DNA from: Basidiobolus meristosporus CBS 931.73 | Taxonomy: Eukaryota; Fungi; Basidiobolomycota | DNA length: 64,000 nt | Assembly: GCA_002104905.1 (NCBI GenBank) | Contig: MCFE01000008.1 | Span: forward strand, 124,001 to 188,000 | Direction: 5' to 3' | Part shown: one piece after another, positions 59,773 through 64,000 of the stretch | Layout: each line of letters opens with the position of its first letter | How positions within the stretch are numbered: the stretch's first letter is position 1 | Made by a program: the position numbers and the translations under genes | Notes under the pieces: model-generated | Told to the model about the DNA's origin: nothing | Seen by the model: the letters and a program-made list of their open reading frames with translations, nothing else | Database searches by the model: none

Positions 59773-61030
59773 TTTTGTCTAATGATTAGGTGTGGATGTA
59801 AATGGTAGTGTCCGGTACGGAAGTCGCGCAGTGTCAAACGGCTATGTAAGTGATTTATGCTCTTTCAAATCACGTAAGACTTGTACCCTGTGTTGGTGGA
59901 GAAAATGTATAGAACGGAAAGTAAGCAGATCGTGCAGTTGTATATTGTGGTAACCACGAGAGGGATGCACTGAAGGCTCTCAGTGTAAGATATTACTTCT
60001 TGACTCGCAAACTTACCTTTGAGTTGGATACAAATAACAAAAATAGAGAGGAAAGTAGCAAGATAGATTCAGTCGCTTTACGTTCCTAAGGGCAACGCTC
60101 TTGTTCTTTATATCAAATCAAGGGGCTGTTTGAAGATATGAAGATAATAGATGTTGTCAGTTTAGATCTAAACCTGGAGGGTGAGGCTGGTGATAGAACT
60201 GTGTATAACGCTCTTGGGTATACACGCTAACAGACAAAGGCAATCCCGAATAATTCGAAGAAAGAGTCCATCGAATTTACCTCGAATTCAGATAATTATT
60301 TGAGCGGATTGGTATCAGCTTCCACCACGCCGATTGGTTTATTCCATTTCAATGTGTACTCTTAGTGGTTAGCCCATTACAGATCGATTTCGAAATTGGT
60401 TGATAAGGACGTTCAGTCATCTCATCAAAATTAATAATTCAACTGTTATTTACCTGAAAGCCACACATGCTGAAAACGGTGATTGTTTATACTAGAACTG
60501 CCCTCTAGAGTGGCATACCAGACCACAAGCGTATCTTGGGATCCATCTAAAAGGGCTTAGCCAGCCCCCTAAACAGCACCAAGTAGACAGCACACGATTC
60601 ACGATGATTTCATCGCTCCGAATGTTTCCAACCAAATGCCCTGTTCTGGAATAAGTATTCAACCAAGTTTGACCCTACCAAAAATCGCCCCAACTAGCTC
60701 CTCTCCTTTATGCCTTGTCCAACCCCACTATTCGTGCAATCGTAAATGCCATTGATCCTATCCAGAAATATTTCGCAATTGATGGGATAGAAACAGTGAA
60801 GATGTTTACTTTTATTTTTCAAATGAGAGGATGATAGTCCCTTGAAAGAGTTAAGGATAATGAAGTTGGCGCCTCAGGTCGTAGAAAATATCTAACAATA
60901 CTTCCTCAAGGAATATGAATGCTACCCATGTGATATACTTTCCCCTTTCAATGATACAACCGTTTTCAAGTTATCAAAGAAAAGAATAAAATGCAGTAAT
61001 AAGGGGTGATGGGGTTGTTGCTAGAAGCGA

Positions 61031-62846
61031 TTAAACGAAAGACTTGACAAACTCAGGTATGACAGTACGAAGTTTCTTGTCAGTAGCCTCGGTGATTTGT
61101 CCGTCCTTCTTGATGGCCTCGAGAAGATCGCTATGGTTGGAAGTCATATGGGGAAGGAAGGCACTTTCGAATTCGACGATGCGCTTAACATCAACCTTAT
61201 CCAAGAAACCGTTGACACCAGCGAAGATGATGGCAACTTGTTGCTCGACAGGGAGAGGCTTGTATTGAGGTTGCTTCAACAACTCGGTAAGACGGGCACC
61301 ACGGTTGAGCAAGAATTGGGTGGAGGCATCCAAATCAGAACCGAATTGGGCGAAGGCAGCGACTTCACGGTATTGGGCCAAGAAGAGCTTGAGGGAACCG
61401 GCAACTTGCTTCATGGCCTTGGTTTGCGCGGCGGAACCGACACGGGACACGGAGATACCGACGTTAATGGCAGGACGGATACCCTTGAAGAACAATTCAG
61501 CTTCCAAGAAGATTTGGCCATCGGTAATGGAAATGACGTTGGTAGGAATGTAGGCAGACACATCACCACCTTGGGTCTCAATGATGGGAAGAGCAGTCAA
61601 GGAACCAGATCCAAAGTTCTTGTTCATCTTGGCGGCACGTTCCAAAAGTCTAGAGTGAAGGTAGAAGACATCACCGGGGTAAGCTTCACGACCAGGAGGA
61701 CGACGGAGCAAGAGGGACATTTGACGGTAGGCAACAGCCTGCTTGGACAAATCGTCGAAGACAATAAGAGCGTGCTTGCCGTTATCACGGAAGTATTCAC
61801 CCATGGCACATCCAGAGTAAGGAGCCAAGAATTGGAGAGGAGCAGCCTCAGAAGCGGTGGCAGCAACAACAATAGAGTACTTCATGGCGTCGTTCTCTTC
61901 GAGGGTCTTGACAAATTGAGCGACAGTAGATCTCTTTTGTCCAATGGCAACATAGACACAGTACAATTTCTTGGACTCATCATCAGCATCGTTCCACTTC
62001 TTCTGGTTAAGAATGGTATCGAGGGCAACGGCGGTTTTACCAGTTTGACGATCACCAATGATCAACTCACGTTGACCACGACCAATGGGAAGCATAGAGT
62101 CAATAGACTTCATACCGGTTTGCATAGGCTCGTGAACAGATTGACGAGGAATAATACCGGGGGCCTTGACTTGGACACGTTGACGGGTGGCTCCTGGGAT
62201 AGGACCCTTTCCATCAATGGGGTTACCGAGGGCGTCAACGACACGGCCAAGCAATCCTTCACCGGTGGGAACATCGACAATGTTACCAGTACGCTTAACA
62301 GTATCACCTTCCTTGATCAAACGATCGTTACCGAAGACGACGATACCGACGTTATCAGGTTCCAAGTTAAGGGCCATACCCTGGACACCAGAAGAGAACT
62401 CCACCATCTCTTCGGCTTGGACGTTCTTGAGGCCATAAACACGAGCGATACCATCACCAACGGAGAGGACGCGGCCAGTTTCATTTATATCAGAGGAGTC
62501 GGACAAACCAAGGATACGTTCTTCGAGGATAGAGGAGACCTCAGAAGTGGCTGTTGAATATGAAATCGTCAGTTATCACGTCTTTGTAAATATAATATAT
62601 ATGCAAAGGCAAGTGAGCACATACTAGGCTTGGCTCCAGCGGACATCATAGAGCTGGAAGAGAACAATCTGGCGGTCATAGAAAGAGCACCAACATTGTG
62701 GCGAGCCTACATATTGCGCAGGATTAGCCTGAGGAAATTCGGGAAACACATCAACAACAAGATAGCTGTGCGCTACTTACAATAGAGGCAGCGTTACGAG
62801 CAAGAGTTTGACGAGCAGCCACACGAAGTAAAGTGTTTCTAATCAT
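61031..62846 (-). CDS. ATP1: Mitochondrial F1 ATP synthase alpha subunit, nuclear-encoded; presequence split by two introns
   Basis: GDRQTGKT P-loop and [23 protein letters not shown], with an Arg-rich presequence [20 protein letters not shown]. Confidence 0.97.
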
Positions 62847-63302
62847 TTTTACCTAACCAAAGGAAAGTGAAAACGAGGAAATTAAACCAACGGGACAAGG
62901 TTAAGTGGTCAATTCGCAACTATAATGTGGGGCAGAAATTTTTATAGAGGTACTGAGCCTATACACCAATTCCCCATCTACTGGCCATTCGCTTACCCTT
63001 GATCTCACCAAGTCTTTTTGCAGGTCTACCTTGATTGGTCATTTTATCCCCACCATTGAAGCATCCTTATGGGGCTTTTCAGCTACCTGAATTTCAAATG
63101 ATACACAAATCATTCATTGCGGAGGAAACCCTGATAATTTGAATGCGCCATACAAAAGCGAATAGAGTAATACTCCGTGTTCCCAATATACCTCCAGCAA
63201 ATCGAGAAAAGCCACAAAATAAATATATTTTTGGTTGAAACAGCTTTGGTTTATTTATTTAAATGCTATAATGCTTCAATGGTGCGAGTCACCACTAGAG
63301 GC

Positions 63303-64000
63303 TTATTCCTTGACCTCACCACAGTCAGTGATTTCGATCTTGTTCTAATCGGAACAACGTGAGTAATGTGCCCTATCCACTCACTATCAAGGATGAAGTA
63401 TATACCTTGGTAGCTCCGGAGGCGGATCCTTCAGCTTCAATCTTGACCAAAGTCTCATTACCTTCGCTCAATTGCCCGAAAACTAACACGAAAGGGTTTT
63501 AGAGCGTGAGGATTCGAGATCTGCATCGAGATACTAACCAACGTGGTTTCCATTGAGCCATGGGGTGTCTTGGAAGCAAATGAAAAATTGACTTCCGTTG
63601 GTGTTCTAATGAGCAATTCCCATGATGTCAGTATACACGGCTAACAGGTCCATTTTTTGCTAGAGATTAGAAGTGTAATACTTACTTTACCAGCATTGGC
63701 CATACTCAAAATGCCCTACAATTAAATATATATAATTAGATACAACATGCACCAACAAATTTGCTAGAGAACTGGATAGTAACTCTGCCGGTGTGCTTGA
63801 GAGTGAAGTTTTCGCTAACAACCCAAAGAGAATGGTTTTAGTAAAGTCGGGATATAGTAAACAGTATTAAACGCGAAACATACTCGGCGAATTTGTTGCC
63901 GTAGATGGATTCACCACCACGACCATCACCGCGGGTGAAATCTTGGATAATAGTGAGCGAATGAAAATTCTTACGACTTCCTTGTACTCTACTTACCACC
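63303..64000 (-). CDS. Cyclophilin-type peptidyl-prolyl isomerase, 3' part (5' end outside the window)
   Basis: Spliced [49 protein letters not shown]....PWLNGNHVVFG. Confidence 0.93.

Noticed and set aside
61097-62557. 486-aa antisense ORF over ATP1
   Set aside because: It is an exact codon-register shadow of a highly expressed gene. Biased codon use removes antisense stops, and there is no independent motif.

Overview
Eukaryotic nuclear DNA from a fungus. Short GT-AG introns of about 55-80 nt and the gene set suggest an early-diverging lineage (Zoopagomycota/Mucoromycota; Basidiobolus-like is only a guess). Bases ~1-17,700 are a CpG-depleted, nested transposon graveyard. It holds a CACTA/EnSpm element with a divergent accessory ORF, a 209-bp MITE, and a tandem LTR-sharing Ty3/Gypsy chromovirus with a Tf1-type self-priming PBS. 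It also holds a Ty1/Copia element with a tRNAiMet-half PBS, plus Gypsy and Copia fragments fused in frame. Bases ~18,500-64,000 are gene-dense: M3A oligopeptidase, membrane SAM-methyltransferase (spermidine-synthase-like), WHIM-motif ISWI cofactor, VPS28, ABCC transporter, Mug190/tricalbin-like protein, GH46 chitosanase, Gon7-like protein, RPP2, two M64 peptidases, SET3-like protein, YAR1, a UFD1/zinc-finger protein, a Tay1/Teb1-like double-Myb protein with a C-terminal chromo-like segment, RPL7, FLO8-like LisH factor, ATP1 and a partial cyclophilin. I found no rRNA, tRNA or CRISPR. All alignments, counts and intron calls were made by eye, with no database searches.
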